Source: Patescibacteria group bacterium (lineage in GTDB: Bacteria > Patescibacteriota > Saccharimonadia > UBA4664). Taken from it: a stretch of 64,000 nucleotides of DNA. Below are positions 1 through 9,653 of this stretch, piece after piece. The stretch covers positions 22,013-86,012 of the forward strand of contig JAQGHG010000026.1 of assembly GCA_028288925.1 (NCBI GenBank), written 5' to 3'. A model generated the notes under the pieces. It did no database searches. It was not told the DNA's origin and was given only the letters and a program-made list of their open reading frames with translations. The first letter of the stretch is position 1. Every line of letters starts with the position of its first letter. The translations under genes were made by a program, and so were the position numbers.

Positions 1-661
1 GCGTCTCGTGACTATCAATCAGGTGCTCGAGGCCAGTACAAAGCCTGTGATCGTGGATGGCGACAGTGGTGGCCATGACCAGCACTTTGCCCAGATGGTT
101 CGAACTTTGGAACGGCTCGGTGTATCCGCCGTTGTTATCGAAGACAAAGCCGGGCTCAAGCGAAATTCACTACACGAGGACACCCACGCGCATATCCAGG
201 AGACAAAGGAGGCGTTTAGCCGAAAGATTAGAGCGGGTATAAAGGCCAGGCGAACCGACAACTTTATGGTGATCGCGCGTATTGAAAGCCTCATTGTTGG
301 TAGCGGACACGATGACGCTATCGAGCGCGCGAAGGCCTACCTGGGGGCCGGGGCAAGCGCGATCATGATCCATTCCAAAGACGCGACCGGAGCAGATGTG
401 AAGCGCTTTTCCAAAGTATATAATACGCTCCCGAATCGTCGTCCGCTTATGATGGTGCCGACTTCCTATAACGCCGTCTCTGAGGCTGAGCTCACATCCT
501 GGGGCGCCAATATTGTCGTCTATGCCAACCATCTACTCCGCGCGGCCTATCCAGCCATGGAGCAAGCGGCGCAAAAGATATTACAGCACGGCCGCGCGCT
601 TGAGGCCGAGCAGCTATGCTTGCCAATTCCAGACTTCCTAAAGCTTATTACGGACGAGTAA
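1..661 (+). CDS. pepM: Phosphoenolpyruvate phosphomutase (PEP mutase), 5'-truncated by window edge
   Basis: Reading frame is open from nt 2 to the window edge, so the gene continues upstream. Motif VVIEDKAGLKRNSLHED matches the PEP-mutase EDK-x-FPK-x-NSL active-site loop. VIVDGDSGG Mg/oxyanion motif. Immediately followed by ppd. Confidence 0.8.
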   Translation, partial: RLVTINQVLEASTKPVIVDGDSGGHDQHFAQMVRTLERLGVSAVVIEDKAGLKRNSLHEDTHAHIQETKEAFSRKIRAGIKARRTDNFMVIARIESLIVGSGHDDAIERAKAYLGAGASAIMIHSKDATGADVKRFSKVYNTLPNRRPLMMVPTSYNAVSEAELTSWGANIVVYANHLLRAAYPAMEQAAQKILQHGRALEAEQLCLPIPDFLKLITDE

Positions 662-664
662 AGT

Positions 665-1816
665 ATGGCCCAATCATTGGCCGGCAAGCTATCACCCAAG
701 GAACTTTATGAAAGCCTATTGGGCGCCGGCGTAACATTCTTTACCGGCGTGCCCGATTCGCTGCTGAGTAGCTTCGGTTTTTATCTCCAGGATCATGCCG
801 GCAGGCATATTATCGCCGCAAACGAGGGTAATGCCGTCGGGCTAGCCATTGGGCACTATGCTGCCACGACCGAGCTGCCGCTCGTGTATATGCAAAATTC
901 AGGCTTAACCAACGCCATGAATCCGCTCGTCTCGCTAGCCGGCCCCTCAGTTATGAGTATTCCGATGATTCTCATGATTGGTTGGCGTGGTGAGCCCGGT
1001 ACCAGGGACGAGCCGCAGCATACTAAGCTGGGTAGTATAACGACGGCCCTGCTAGACGACCTGGACATACCATACGTCATCCTAGCCGGCAGCGCGTCCA
1101 AAGCCATTGAGCAAATTGAATCGATGGTACGAACTGCGAGAGATGGTCAACGAGCGGTCGCAATTCTCGTCCGGGCCGGAACACTGGCTAGCTATGCGCC
1201 GCGTTCGCATCCCAAAAATAGCTATGAGCTGGCCCGTGAAGCCGCCATTACAACGGTACTTGACCAGTTAACGCCGTACGATATTGTGATCTCAACCACC
1301 GGAAAGGCCAGCCGTGAGGTTGCCGAATATATACGAAGTGATGGTGAGCCAGGCCCCCCAAGCTTGCTTGTCGTGGGGGCTATGGGTCACGCGTCGAGCA
1401 TTGCACTCGCCGTTGCTCTGGATCGCGCGTCCCAGCGAGTAATCTGCCTAGATGGTGATGGTGCGGCCATCATGCATCTAGGCGCCCTCACAACCATTGG
1501 CACAAGTGAGGCGAACAATCTGTGCCACATCGTACTAAACAACGGTTCGCATGAGTCTGTTGGCGGGCAGCCCACTGCTGGCTTCGCTGTTAATCTTGTA
1601 GAAATCGCGCGAGCTTGCGGCTATGCTAAAAGCATAAGCGTAGAGAACGGCGAGCAGCTTACTCAAGCCATAAAATCCACCCAAGATGTCGCATGCCCAA
1701 CATTCATCGAAGTTCGGATAGCACAAGGCTCGCGCTCAGATCTTGGCCGCCCAACTGAGTCCCCCGCCGAGAACAAACAACGGTTTATGAATAATCTAAA
1801 GGATCAATCGTTATGA
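665..1816 (+). CDS. ppd: Phosphonopyruvate decarboxylase (TPP-dependent)
   Basis: 383 aa. N-terminal GVTFFTGVPDSLL motif typical of Ppd/AepY. TPP-enzyme-like central and C-terminal domains (GDGAAIMHLGAL). 4-nt gap after pepM. Confidence 0.8.
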   Translation: MAQSLAGKLSPKELYESLLGAGVTFFTGVPDSLLSSFGFYLQDHAGRHIIAANEGNAVGLAIGHYAATTELPLVYMQNSGLTNAMNPLVSLAGPSVMSIPMILMIGWRGEPGTRDEPQHTKLGSITTALLDDLDIPYVILAGSASKAIEQIESMVRTARDGQRAVAILVRAGTLASYAPRSHPKNSYELAREAAITTVLDQLTPYDIVISTTGKASREVAEYIRSDGEPGPPSLLVVGAMGHASSIALAVALDRASQRVICLDGDGAAIMHLGALTTIGTSEANNLCHIVLNNGSHESVGGQPTAGFAVNLVEIARACGYAKSISVENGEQLTQAIKSTQDVACPTFIEVRIAQGSRSDLGRPTESPAENKQRFMNNLKDQSL

Positions 1817-2691
1817 AACGTAACAATCAAGCACCACTGGCCGCCCGACTCTGGGAGTATCAGGCTGAGCGGTCGCCGTTTATTCCGATGGTTGCTATGG
1901 CGGCGGTTAGCGCCGGCGTTTTGTACCGATTTTCGCACACGAGCTTCACTCGATATCTGATCTGCGTCGTGATTATCACGCTCTATCTCGTTCAGGTTCG
2001 CACGGCGGATGAAAAGAAAGATCTCGAACACGATAATCACTATTATCCGAAGCGACCAGTCCAGCGCGGCCTCGTGAGTCTAAGTGAGCTTGCCACGATC
2101 GGCCGAGCCGCTATCGCTATCCAACTTGTGCTGTATGCCTCATTCCTCGACCCGCTAATCTTTCTCCTGGGTCTTCTTTCGCAAGGGTATGCCTATCTCA
2201 CCCGCCGTGAGTTCTATGTTCGTGATTGGATAAAGCCTCATTTTTTTATTTATTACTTTGCGCATTACGTGCAGCTGGTCATCCTGTTTTTCGTTATGAC
2301 TGACATCATTCATCCAACAAGCCGCACAGCCGGCCAACTACTACTCTTTGTGATGCTCAACATTGCTGTAACTGAGCTTGGCCGAAAGAATCTACCAAAA
2401 GATCAGGATGTAGCTGGAGACACGTACTCATCGCACCTTGGGTATCGAGGCACAGCCATCGCGGCTAGTCTCGCCGCGCTGCTAAACGTAGCTTATACCG
2501 CGCATCTAATGGCCCAAAACACAGGGCCTATCGGCTGGATCGCACTGCCACTCATTACAACGATTGCGGTACTAGCCTGTGCGTATCGCTACGCCGTAAA
2601 ACCGGTAAAGGCTAATCAGACAGGGCTTGCGAATGCTGTTATGGTAAATTATGTAGCAGCAATGCTTGGACTTATTGTAGGCGCACGGTAA
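1813..2691 (+). CDS. Polytopic integral membrane protein (about 8 TM), function unknown
   Basis: 292 aa, highly hydrophobic. Start overlaps ppd stop (ATGA). No recognisable catalytic motif. Confidence 0.45.
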   Translation: MKRNNQAPLAARLWEYQAERSPFIPMVAMAAVSAGVLYRFSHTSFTRYLICVVIITLYLVQVRTADEKKDLEHDNHYYPKRPVQRGLVSLSELATIGRAAIAIQLVLYASFLDPLIFLLGLLSQGYAYLTRREFYVRDWIKPHFFIYYFAHYVQLVILFFVMTDIIHPTSRTAGQLLLFVMLNIAVTELGRKNLPKDQDVAGDTYSSHLGYRGTAIAASLAALLNVAYTAHLMAQNTGPIGWIALPLITTIAVLACAYRYAVKPVKANQTGLANAVMVNYVAAMLGLIVGAR

Positions 2692-5027
2692 TGGCCAAAA
2701 CCACACAAGGAACAAAAGCCGACAATCTTTCGCGCCTCGCGGCAGCCGGGTTTAACGTCCCAAAGTTCTATGTGGTGCCACCAACAGCTACGGCGCGGAC
2801 TGCCGGCGCCGCATTTGTAGACTGGAGCCACACACACGGAGTAAAATCCGTGGCTATTCGCTCATCGGGCACGATTGAGGATGGTAAAGACCAATCATTC
2901 GCGGGGCAATTCACGACACTACTTGGCGTAAGCGGCGCCGACCAATTTACTACCGGAATAGACAAAGTATTGTCGTCGCGAGCACACGCTGCCTATTCAA
3001 AAGCTCGGGGTAGTGTCTACGCCATTGTTCAGGAGTATATTGAGCCAGATATCGCCGGGGTGATATTTAGTGTCAACCCAGCCAATGGCAACCAGGAGTT
3101 TGTCATCAATGTTGCGGCAGGCGTGGGTACGGCGGTGGTAGAAGGCAGAGAAGCGCAGCAATACTTTGTTGACCGCCTTGATTGGTCAGATGTTACCAAG
3201 GTGACCCATGGCGAAAGAGAATTACTAGCACAAGCGCAGATCAAGCAACTGTGCCAGATCGCGACGCAAGCAGAAGTACTCTTTGGCACGCTCCAGGACA
3301 TCGAGTGGGCGATCAAAGACGATACCGTGTATGTGCTACAGAGCCGGCCGGTTACAAGCGTGAACCATCTAAGACTCTGGGACAGTTCCAATATATCCGA
3401 AAGTTTTCCTGGTGTCGTGCTGCCTCTGACGTTCTCGATCGCCAAGCGTGGTTATCAGCTTGCTTATAAAGCGCAGGCCTATGCCGCCGGCCTATCCTGG
3501 TACGAGCTGGAGGCAGATCATCGAACGTTTGACGGTATGATTGGTATTTTCAACGGCCGCATGTACTACAATTTGCTTCACTGGTACCGGTTTATCGCGC
3601 TTTTTCCCGGTAGTAGCAATAACCAAAAGTACCTGGACGACCAGATTGCCACGCAAGGTGAGGGCATACGCCAAGCTGCTACCGCTCGAAGTCTAAGGTT
3701 TCGTCTAAAATTCTACCTTCGTATCCTGTACAGAGCGGTTTTCTTCAGGTATGAACTGCGGCGGTTCTACCGGCGCTTCCAGCAGTTCGAAGACGACATG
3801 AGGGCATTGCCAGGTGTCGGCGACTCCCAAGTGTTGTTGCGCCGGTACACTCACATTGAGCAAACTATTGTCCCGCACTTTGGCCGTACGGTCGACAATG
3901 ACTTCTTTGTCATGATTTACCACGGATGGCTCAAGCGGCTACTAAGTGAAGTGATACCCGATAACACCAGTATCATCGGTTCGCTCAACGGTGTCGTGAG
4001 CGCCGAGCAGGCGACATCGTTGTACGATTTGGCTGAGCAACTCAGAGCCGACCAGCCGGCGCGCAAGCTATTAGTAGCCGGCGATTATGCCGCCCTCGAT
4101 AAACACCTCGCTGGCGGTCCGTTGGAGGCCGCCATTACGCGTTACATCGAAACTTTTGGGCATCGTTTCGCCGGCGACCAAAAGATTGAGGTGGAGAATC
4201 CAACGCTTCAGGAGCATGGCGTCTACAAGCTTATGCGCGCGTATGTGCAGCTGAGTAACTCCGAACTCACGAGCCGAATGACCGAAAGCCGTGCCAAATC
4301 CAGCCAGGTCGAACTCAAGATTAAGACGCGGCTAGGACCACTTCGGCGCCTAATGTATGTTGCTTTGCTCAGCCGCCTCAAACATCACCTCAGGCTACGC
4401 GAAAAAAACCGCTTGCTGCGGGGTAAGGCCTACAACTATATGCGGGAGTTATTTCCGAAGCTTGGGCGTGCTTTGGCCGACGAAGGAGTATTGGAAGCCG
4501 GCAACGATATCTTTTACCTGCAGATCGAAGAAATTTATGACCTCGTGCAGGGCTCACTGATAACCAATGACCTCGCCAAGCGTATCAAACGACGTACAGA
4601 AGCTTACCGCGGCTTCGCTGATATGGATATGCCTGAACGTTTTATTACCACCAGTTTGTCATCGCTCGAGAAAATAACTGTGACGAAGAATGCCCGCCCG
4701 CCCGTCTCGGGAGCGGCCCTAACTGGCCTCATTTCGTCACCCGGCACCATTGAGGGCCGTGTTGTGGTGCTTCGTGATCCGGTGATACCGGATGAGCCCT
4801 ACGATATCCTGGTGGCGGAGCATACCGATCCTGGCTGGACGCCACTCATCGCTCTGGCTAAGGGTGTCATAGTAGAGCATGGCGGTATGCTTTCCCACGC
4901 TGCCATTATTACGCGTGAGCTGGGTATTCCAAGCATCATTGGCGTCGCCGGTGCCACTCGGGAGCTTAAAACCGGTATGATTGTCCGGATTAATACCCAG
5001 AAATCCAGCGTTGAGATCCTAGGCTAG
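2691..5027 (+). CDS. PEP-synthase-like / rifampin-phosphotransferase-like dikinase (PPDK_N ATP-grasp + PEP-utilising mobile His domain, no TIM-barrel)
   Basis: 778 aa. N-terminal pyruvate-phosphate-dikinase-type ATP-binding region (AIRSSGTIEDG...). C-terminal phospho-His swivel motif GGMLSHAAIITRELGIPSIIGV. Stop of previous gene overlaps the start (TAATG). Confidence 0.7.
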   Translation: MAKTTQGTKADNLSRLAAAGFNVPKFYVVPPTATARTAGAAFVDWSHTHGVKSVAIRSSGTIEDGKDQSFAGQFTTLLGVSGADQFTTGIDKVLSSRAHAAYSKARGSVYAIVQEYIEPDIAGVIFSVNPANGNQEFVINVAAGVGTAVVEGREAQQYFVDRLDWSDVTKVTHGERELLAQAQIKQLCQIATQAEVLFGTLQDIEWAIKDDTVYVLQSRPVTSVNHLRLWDSSNISESFPGVVLPLTFSIAKRGYQLAYKAQAYAAGLSWYELEADHRTFDGMIGIFNGRMYYNLLHWYRFIALFPGSSNNQKYLDDQIATQGEGIRQAATARSLRFRLKFYLRILYRAVFFRYELRRFYRRFQQFEDDMRALPGVGDSQVLLRRYTHIEQTIVPHFGRTVDNDFFVMIYHGWLKRLLSEVIPDNTSIIGSLNGVVSAEQATSLYDLAEQLRADQPARKLLVAGDYAALDKHLAGGPLEAAITRYIETFGHRFAGDQKIEVENPTLQEHGVYKLMRAYVQLSNSELTSRMTESRAKSSQVELKIKTRLGPLRRLMYVALLSRLKHHLRLREKNRLLRGKAYNYMRELFPKLGRALADEGVLEAGNDIFYLQIEEIYDLVQGSLITNDLAKRIKRRTEAYRGFADMDMPERFITTSLSSLEKITVTKNARPPVSGAALTGLISSPGTIEGRVVVLRDPVIPDEPYDILVAEHTDPGWTPLIALAKGVIVEHGGMLSHAAIITRELGIPSIIGVAGATRELKTGMIVRINTQKSSVEILG

Positions 5028-6067
5028 CCAATCAGCTTCGACAAGGTGACGTAGCGACGAGTGGTGCGCACTCCTAGTCGACGCATTCGATAAATACTAT
5101 TACCCACCCGAACCGTCGAGAAGACCGCTATCTTGAGTCCGTCTTTCTTGGCTTGTTGATGGACACGGTGAATGAGTAGTCCAGAGACTCGCTTGCCCCG
5201 ATACTCCGGCAGCACACCAATTGTCTTGATGACAAGCTGATCGTCGTGCGGAAAAGCAACAATAAATCCAACTGGCCGGCCATCGTCTTCCAGAAAGTAG
5301 CTGTAATCTGAGTTGAAGATTGGCTCCAGACCACCAAGATTATACCGTCGCTCCTCCCAGCTAAGAACCGGGCAGTAGATACTTTGAGACGGAAAGATAG
5401 CATTCATAAGTTCGTGATAATGACGCAATTCGTCAAGCTTGGCAGAAGCATCAAAATGACGCACCTTCAAACTGGCGAGCGGCACCCGCGGCGTTCGGAC
5501 AAACAACCGGATAAACAGCCCGAAATATCGCGTTTGCCCCGAGACATAATGATTAAAGTCTCTATAGCCCGCCGCCCGAAAGACATCCAAGTACCAGGCG
5601 GGGTTAACTGGTTCGCCCGGAATCTTGTAGTCGCTAGCATCGTTCAGCCGGTAGTCGTAGGTAATAGTGCCATTGATGGGGCCGTAAACTCGTGTCACAC
5701 CCGGCTGTGTGGCCAGCCAATGCTCGGCCAGTTTAAGCACGGCAACACCCGCGTCTAGTGTAGTGGCACCAAAGAAGCCAATGATCCCTAGGTCAGGCAG
5801 CCGCTCATCGGTAAACGCGATCACATGAGCCGTGCCGTCCGCCGATTCTATACTGAAGGCTTTGGCTACCAGATGTTCCCAGAGCGGGTTATTTGGATGC
5901 AATTGCTTATCCCAAACAGCTTGAGCCACCGACCGAATCTCCTCACCGTAGGCAACATTCGTAATTGCCGTGAGTTGCCGAAGGCTAGTGGCGAGAAAAG
6001 GAAGTTTAGCCACGGATGAGGTACAACCAAAGGAATATGACCGCGTAAACAGCCTCAAGCTGGGCAA
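5024..6067 (-). CDS. Hypothetical protein with C-terminal GNAT-like acyl-CoA N-acyltransferase fold
   Basis: 347 aa. C-terminal segment RGKRVSGLLIHRVHQQAKKDGLKIAVF resembles the GNAT acetyl-CoA-binding motif. N-terminal 200 aa unassigned. Confidence 0.35.
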   Translation of the reverse strand: MPSLRLFTRSYSFGCTSSVAKLPFLATSLRQLTAITNVAYGEEIRSVAQAVWDKQLHPNNPLWEHLVAKAFSIESADGTAHVIAFTDERLPDLGIIGFFGATTLDAGVAVLKLAEHWLATQPGVTRVYGPINGTITYDYRLNDASDYKIPGEPVNPAWYLDVFRAAGYRDFNHYVSGQTRYFGLFIRLFVRTPRVPLASLKVRHFDASAKLDELRHYHELMNAIFPSQSIYCPVLSWEERRYNLGGLEPIFNSDYSYFLEDDGRPVGFIVAFPHDDQLVIKTIGVLPEYRGKRVSGLLIHRVHQQAKKDGLKIAVFSTVRVGNSIYRMRRLGVRTTRRYVTLSKLIG

Positions 6068-6716
6068 AGATCGGGTGAGGCTTAAGGATCCGTATTGAAG
6101 ACACCATGAATGGGATCATCGCGGCCAGATATACAGCGGCCAGCCACCGATAGTGGGGGACAAATGCTAGCAGTAATCCATATTTACTAAACAGGACTGG
6201 TAGACCAGTGTAGTACAGCCCATCGGTTTTAACGTAGCCTCGAATAGTAAAACGGCCAAGCCGAATAACGCAGAAGACACAGTAAAAAGTCGTGATAACG
6301 AGCGACCACCAGTGCCAATTGAGCTGAATATTAATCACCAAAGCCGGAAACAACACCCAGCCAAGGACGTCATAGAGCGAGTCGAAAACTGCCCCGTAGG
6401 GCGACCCGCCATATTTCCTGGCCACCGCCCCATCGACATAATCAAGAAACATTGAAGCAAAGGCTAGAACCATGGCCAGGTACAATTGGCCATGGTAGGC
6501 TAACCAAAAGGCGCTCGTAATGAAAGCCACGGCAGTCAAAGTGACGTAGTCGGCCACGGAGAGTTCCGCCAAAACACCACCAGACCACAATTTTGCTCGA
6601 CCAAGCTTGTGCATATCGGTCATGATACCAGGATAACCAGTCTTCCAACAGTCTGCGCCTCGTCTAAACATAGTATGGTAGGCTACGATAATATGTTTGA
6701 CACGAACACCCAACAC
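6006..6716 (-). CDS. CDP-alcohol phosphatidyltransferase family membrane enzyme
   Basis: Motif DYVDGAVARKYGGSPYGAVFDSLYDVLGW fits D-G-x2-A-R-x8-G-x3-D-x3-D. Multi-TM. Confidence 0.75.
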   Translation of the reverse strand: MLGVRVKHIIVAYHTMFRRGADCWKTGYPGIMTDMHKLGRAKLWSGGVLAELSVADYVTLTAVAFITSAFWLAYHGQLYLAMVLAFASMFLDYVDGAVARKYGGSPYGAVFDSLYDVLGWVLFPALVINIQLNWHWWSLVITTFYCVFCVIRLGRFTIRGYVKTDGLYYTGLPVLFSKYGLLLAFVPHYRWLAAVYLAAMIPFMVSSIRILKPHPIFAQLEAVYAVIFLWLYLIRG

Positions 6717-6718
6717 AA

Positions 6719-7696
6719 ATGCTGAGAGCTAGTCTAAAATTTGCCCGGCCGCGCATTATTATCACATGTTTTGCAATTGCTACGCTGGGCAGCGCCGCAG
6801 CGGGGCGGGTCACACCGGCCGTATTGTGGTGTTTCTTGCTCATCATCGCATTTATCATCCACGCTAATTCCATCAATGATTACACCGATCTCGAGATCGA
6901 CCGGGTGAACTTAAAAAACGCCAAGGACCGCCCCTTAGTAACTGGCGACATAACGATCCCGCAATTCTGGCTTGTTCACGGTCTAAGCGGAGGGGCAATG
7001 TTACTGTTGTCGGTTCCGTTTGGCTGGCGCGGGGTAGCAGCTTCGGCTGTTGTTGTGGTCATCGATTATTTGTATTCTCTACGGCCCATACGTGTCGCCG
7101 ACCGGCCATATGCTACGCCGCTGGCACTCGCGGGCACGTACGTATACTACTCATTCTCACTTGGGCTATGGTCGGCCCACACCCATGCTGCCTACCCTTG
7201 GATGCTATCCGTCGCGCTTTTCCTCGCGTTCTTGGCGAGACTTCTCCTTAAAGATTTTCGAGACAAAAAAGGTGACAAGCGTTACGGTAAGGAGACGTTC
7301 CTGCTGCGTCACGGTTCTACGACGACCTGCGTAGTCAGCGGTCTGTTATGGGTCTGCGCGGTCGGAAGCACTTTTCTAGCCCGCGCGCCCTGGCCAACCA
7401 TCGTGGTTCTTATTGTTGGTACAGTCATGGTTGGCCTTTGGCTCAAGCGATTATCTGGCCTAGCGGATGTCCAAGATCAACAACGGATGGTAACTGCCAT
7501 AGCCAACGCCGCCAATATCGCCATCGTCGCGCTCCTCGTGGGCTATGTGTGTCGCGATATAGGGGCATCACAGCTTGCGTCAAGCGTCAGTGTGCTTGTG
7601 ATTGGAGCAGGGGCACTCGGATACAATTGGTTTCGCACTAGACACATTACTCAAGCCAGGCGGCCGGTTGATCATAGCCGGGTGCCCTCTACGTGA
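6719..7696 (+). CDS. UbiA-family prenyltransferase (membrane)
   Basis: NSINDYTDLEIDRVN (NDxxDxxxD Asp-rich motif), a second Asp/Lys-rich loop KDFRDKKGDKRYG, about 8 TM helices. Confidence 0.7.
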   Translation: MLRASLKFARPRIIITCFAIATLGSAAAGRVTPAVLWCFLLIIAFIIHANSINDYTDLEIDRVNLKNAKDRPLVTGDITIPQFWLVHGLSGGAMLLLSVPFGWRGVAASAVVVVIDYLYSLRPIRVADRPYATPLALAGTYVYYSFSLGLWSAHTHAAYPWMLSVALFLAFLARLLLKDFRDKKGDKRYGKETFLLRHGSTTTCVVSGLLWVCAVGSTFLARAPWPTIVVLIVGTVMVGLWLKRLSGLADVQDQQRMVTAIANAANIAIVALLVGYVCRDIGASQLASSVSVLVIGAGALGYNWFRTRHITQARRPVDHSRVPST

Positions 7697-7851
7697 TAAT
7701 CCACCTCCCACACCCGCGGAGTACGATAAAATGAAGCCGTTTATGGTATGCGAACACACCTATGCAAAAGGGTTCTCATTGACCTAAGCGGAGCGAGTGG
7801 CTATGGTTATATAAAGCTAATGCTTACTTTTAGAGAGGGTAGTCGTAGTCA

Positions 7852-8499
7852 ATGAGTAGTTTTATGTCATCCGTGGTAGTTCCTCTGTATTTTATCCATA
7901 TTACGATCGCGTTCATCATCTTGGCCTGGTGGTTCACACGCAAGAAAGCACAAGCACTTAAATACTTTGGCTGGGGGCTCACTGGCTACGCGCTAGGCAT
8001 TGGCGCCTGGACGCTCGTTGTGCTCACGAAACCAGCCAGCCTAGAACCACCTATTCTCATCGGCGTCGTGCCGTTCCTGCTCGCCCACGTCGCGTTTGCT
8101 AAGGCGACAATGCTCAGGACGAAGTCTAAACTTGTCCTACCGCTTACAGTGTTGCTACTCGCCGCTACGTTTATTGCTCGTACGTTCTACTTCCAATCAA
8201 AGCCATACTTTTCCGATCAGGGCTACTTCTTTTTCGGGCTGATGGCGGTACCACTTGCATTTTATATCGCGACAATCGCCGTAAGCTTCCTTTCGGCTAG
8301 CATCACCGCCATGGGTGACATCAAGAGCACGACGGTCCGCAGAATTATGACATCGGGGCTCATAGGCGTCTTCATTAACATGGTTATTCAAATATCCGTA
8401 CAAGATGAGAGTCTGCGGATCATCAACGCTGTTGTTGCTACCGTCACCCTCTTCGGGCTCTGGGTAACCGCGGTCACCCACCAAAGCGAGAAAATCTAA
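7852..8499 (+). CDS. Integral membrane protein, unknown function
   Basis: 215 aa, 6-7 predicted TM segments, no motif. Confidence 0.45.
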   Translation: MSSFMSSVVVPLYFIHITIAFIILAWWFTRKKAQALKYFGWGLTGYALGIGAWTLVVLTKPASLEPPILIGVVPFLLAHVAFAKATMLRTKSKLVLPLTVLLLAATFIARTFYFQSKPYFSDQGYFFFGLMAVPLAFYIATIAVSFLSASITAMGDIKSTTVRRIMTSGLIGVFINMVIQISVQDESLRIINAVVATVTLFGLWVTAVTHQSEKI

Positions 8500-8506
8500 C
8501 CCCCGC

Positions 8507-9190
8507 CTAAACCTGAAGTCGTTGCGTTGCTTGGATATCATTTGAGGCAAGAGAAAACACACGTGACATCAGCTCGTCCGGCGTAGCCGCTTGCGTGCAA
8601 ACAAACGGTTCGCCAATGGTGAGACGACAGCTGAATCGACTCTGCCAAGCCAAGTGCATGGGCAGTAGGTGCACCCCCGGCTCTACGGCCAAGGCCGCGA
8701 TGCCAGGTCTGGCGACAAGCTCAGGGGAGCGGCCGCCCTGCGGAAAGATGACAATCGTTTGGCCCGCTATTAATAGCCGTTTCGAGTGCTCGAGACCGTA
8801 AGGCAAACTAATGTGCTTTTGAGCTGGGAATCCACCACATAGCCGGAGTAGTATGCGGAGCCAAGCGTTATCAAAGTATCGGTTCAGGACAAGAAACCGG
8901 TAGGGAATGAGCTGAAAAATTGACCTCGCGGGCAACGACACTACCATAAGGAGCGGATCCAACATACTGCGATGATTGGCGTAGATTACGTTAGGTTCTA
9001 AAGTAGCATGTATGTTGGCCGGCCGACGAAGCCCACCGCGCAGAATCAAAAGGCGCATGACCCACAGGCCGGGGTAAAGGCTGAGTTGAGTTACGAGAAT
9101 TGCCCACCGCCAAGCGGAGTGTTCATTGCGTGACGAGTTAGCTGTGTCATGTATGGTGCTAGGCAACATGCATCTAGTATCGCATACCAA
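8507..9190 (-). CDS. Lysophospholipid (1-acyl-glycerol-3-phosphate) acyltransferase, PlsC family
   Basis: HxxxxD motif (ANHRSMLDP) and FPQGGRS motif of glycerolipid acyltransferases. Confidence 0.7.
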   Translation of the reverse strand: MVCDTRCMLPSTIHDTANSSRNEHSAWRWAILVTQLSLYPGLWVMRLLILRGGLRRPANIHATLEPNVIYANHRSMLDPLLMVVSLPARSIFQLIPYRFLVLNRYFDNAWLRILLRLCGGFPAQKHISLPYGLEHSKRLLIAGQTIVIFPQGGRSPELVARPGIAALAVEPGVHLLPMHLAWQSRFSCRLTIGEPFVCTQAATPDELMSRVFSLASNDIQATQRLQV

Positions 9191-9206
9191 TTGATATACT
9201 ACTTTT

Positions 9207-9653
9207 ATGAATCAGCCACCAATCTCAGAAGTTACGCATCATTACGCCGGAGTATTCCTTGTAACAGCATCCGGTAAGATCATCGGTCAGCAGCGCGACA
9301 ACAAGCCTGGTATCGACAATCCAAACCGCATCGGTAGTTTTGGCGGTACGATCGAAGATGGTGAAGACCCACTCGCCGGTGCTTGGCGCGAATTGGTCGA
9401 AGAAGAGACGAATTTAGAAATTAGCAAAGAAGACGTTCACTTATACTCCGAAGATGTTGCCTGGCGTAAACTGACAAACGAATGGGAAGGCCGGCATTTT
9501 TATTACGCAAAAATTACCGATGCGGCTCTTGACCAACTCGAAGTGTACGAAGGACAGGGCTGGGCGGTCATTGAATCTCCGGAAGACAAGCTGGTTATCG
9601 ACCTATGGCGTGAGCCGGTGAAGAAGCTACAGATGGCTTTGAAAAAGCCATGA
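9207..9653 (+). CDS. NUDIX hydrolase
   Basis: Nudix box GGTIEDGEDPLAGAWRELVEEETNL (Gx5Ex7REUxEExGU). Confidence 0.75.
   Translation: MNQPPISEVTHHYAGVFLVTASGKIIGQQRDNKPGIDNPNRIGSFGGTIEDGEDPLAGAWRELVEEETNLEISKEDVHLYSEDVAWRKLTNEWEGRHFYYAKITDAALDQLEVYEGQGWAVIESPEDKLVIDLWREPVKKLQMALKKP

Noticed and set aside
2691-5027. Calling this gene phosphoenolpyruvate synthase (ppsA)
   Set aside because: C-terminal PEP/pyruvate-binding TIM-barrel domain appears absent (protein ends about 40 aa after the phospho-His motif). Architecture matches RPH-like dikinases instead.
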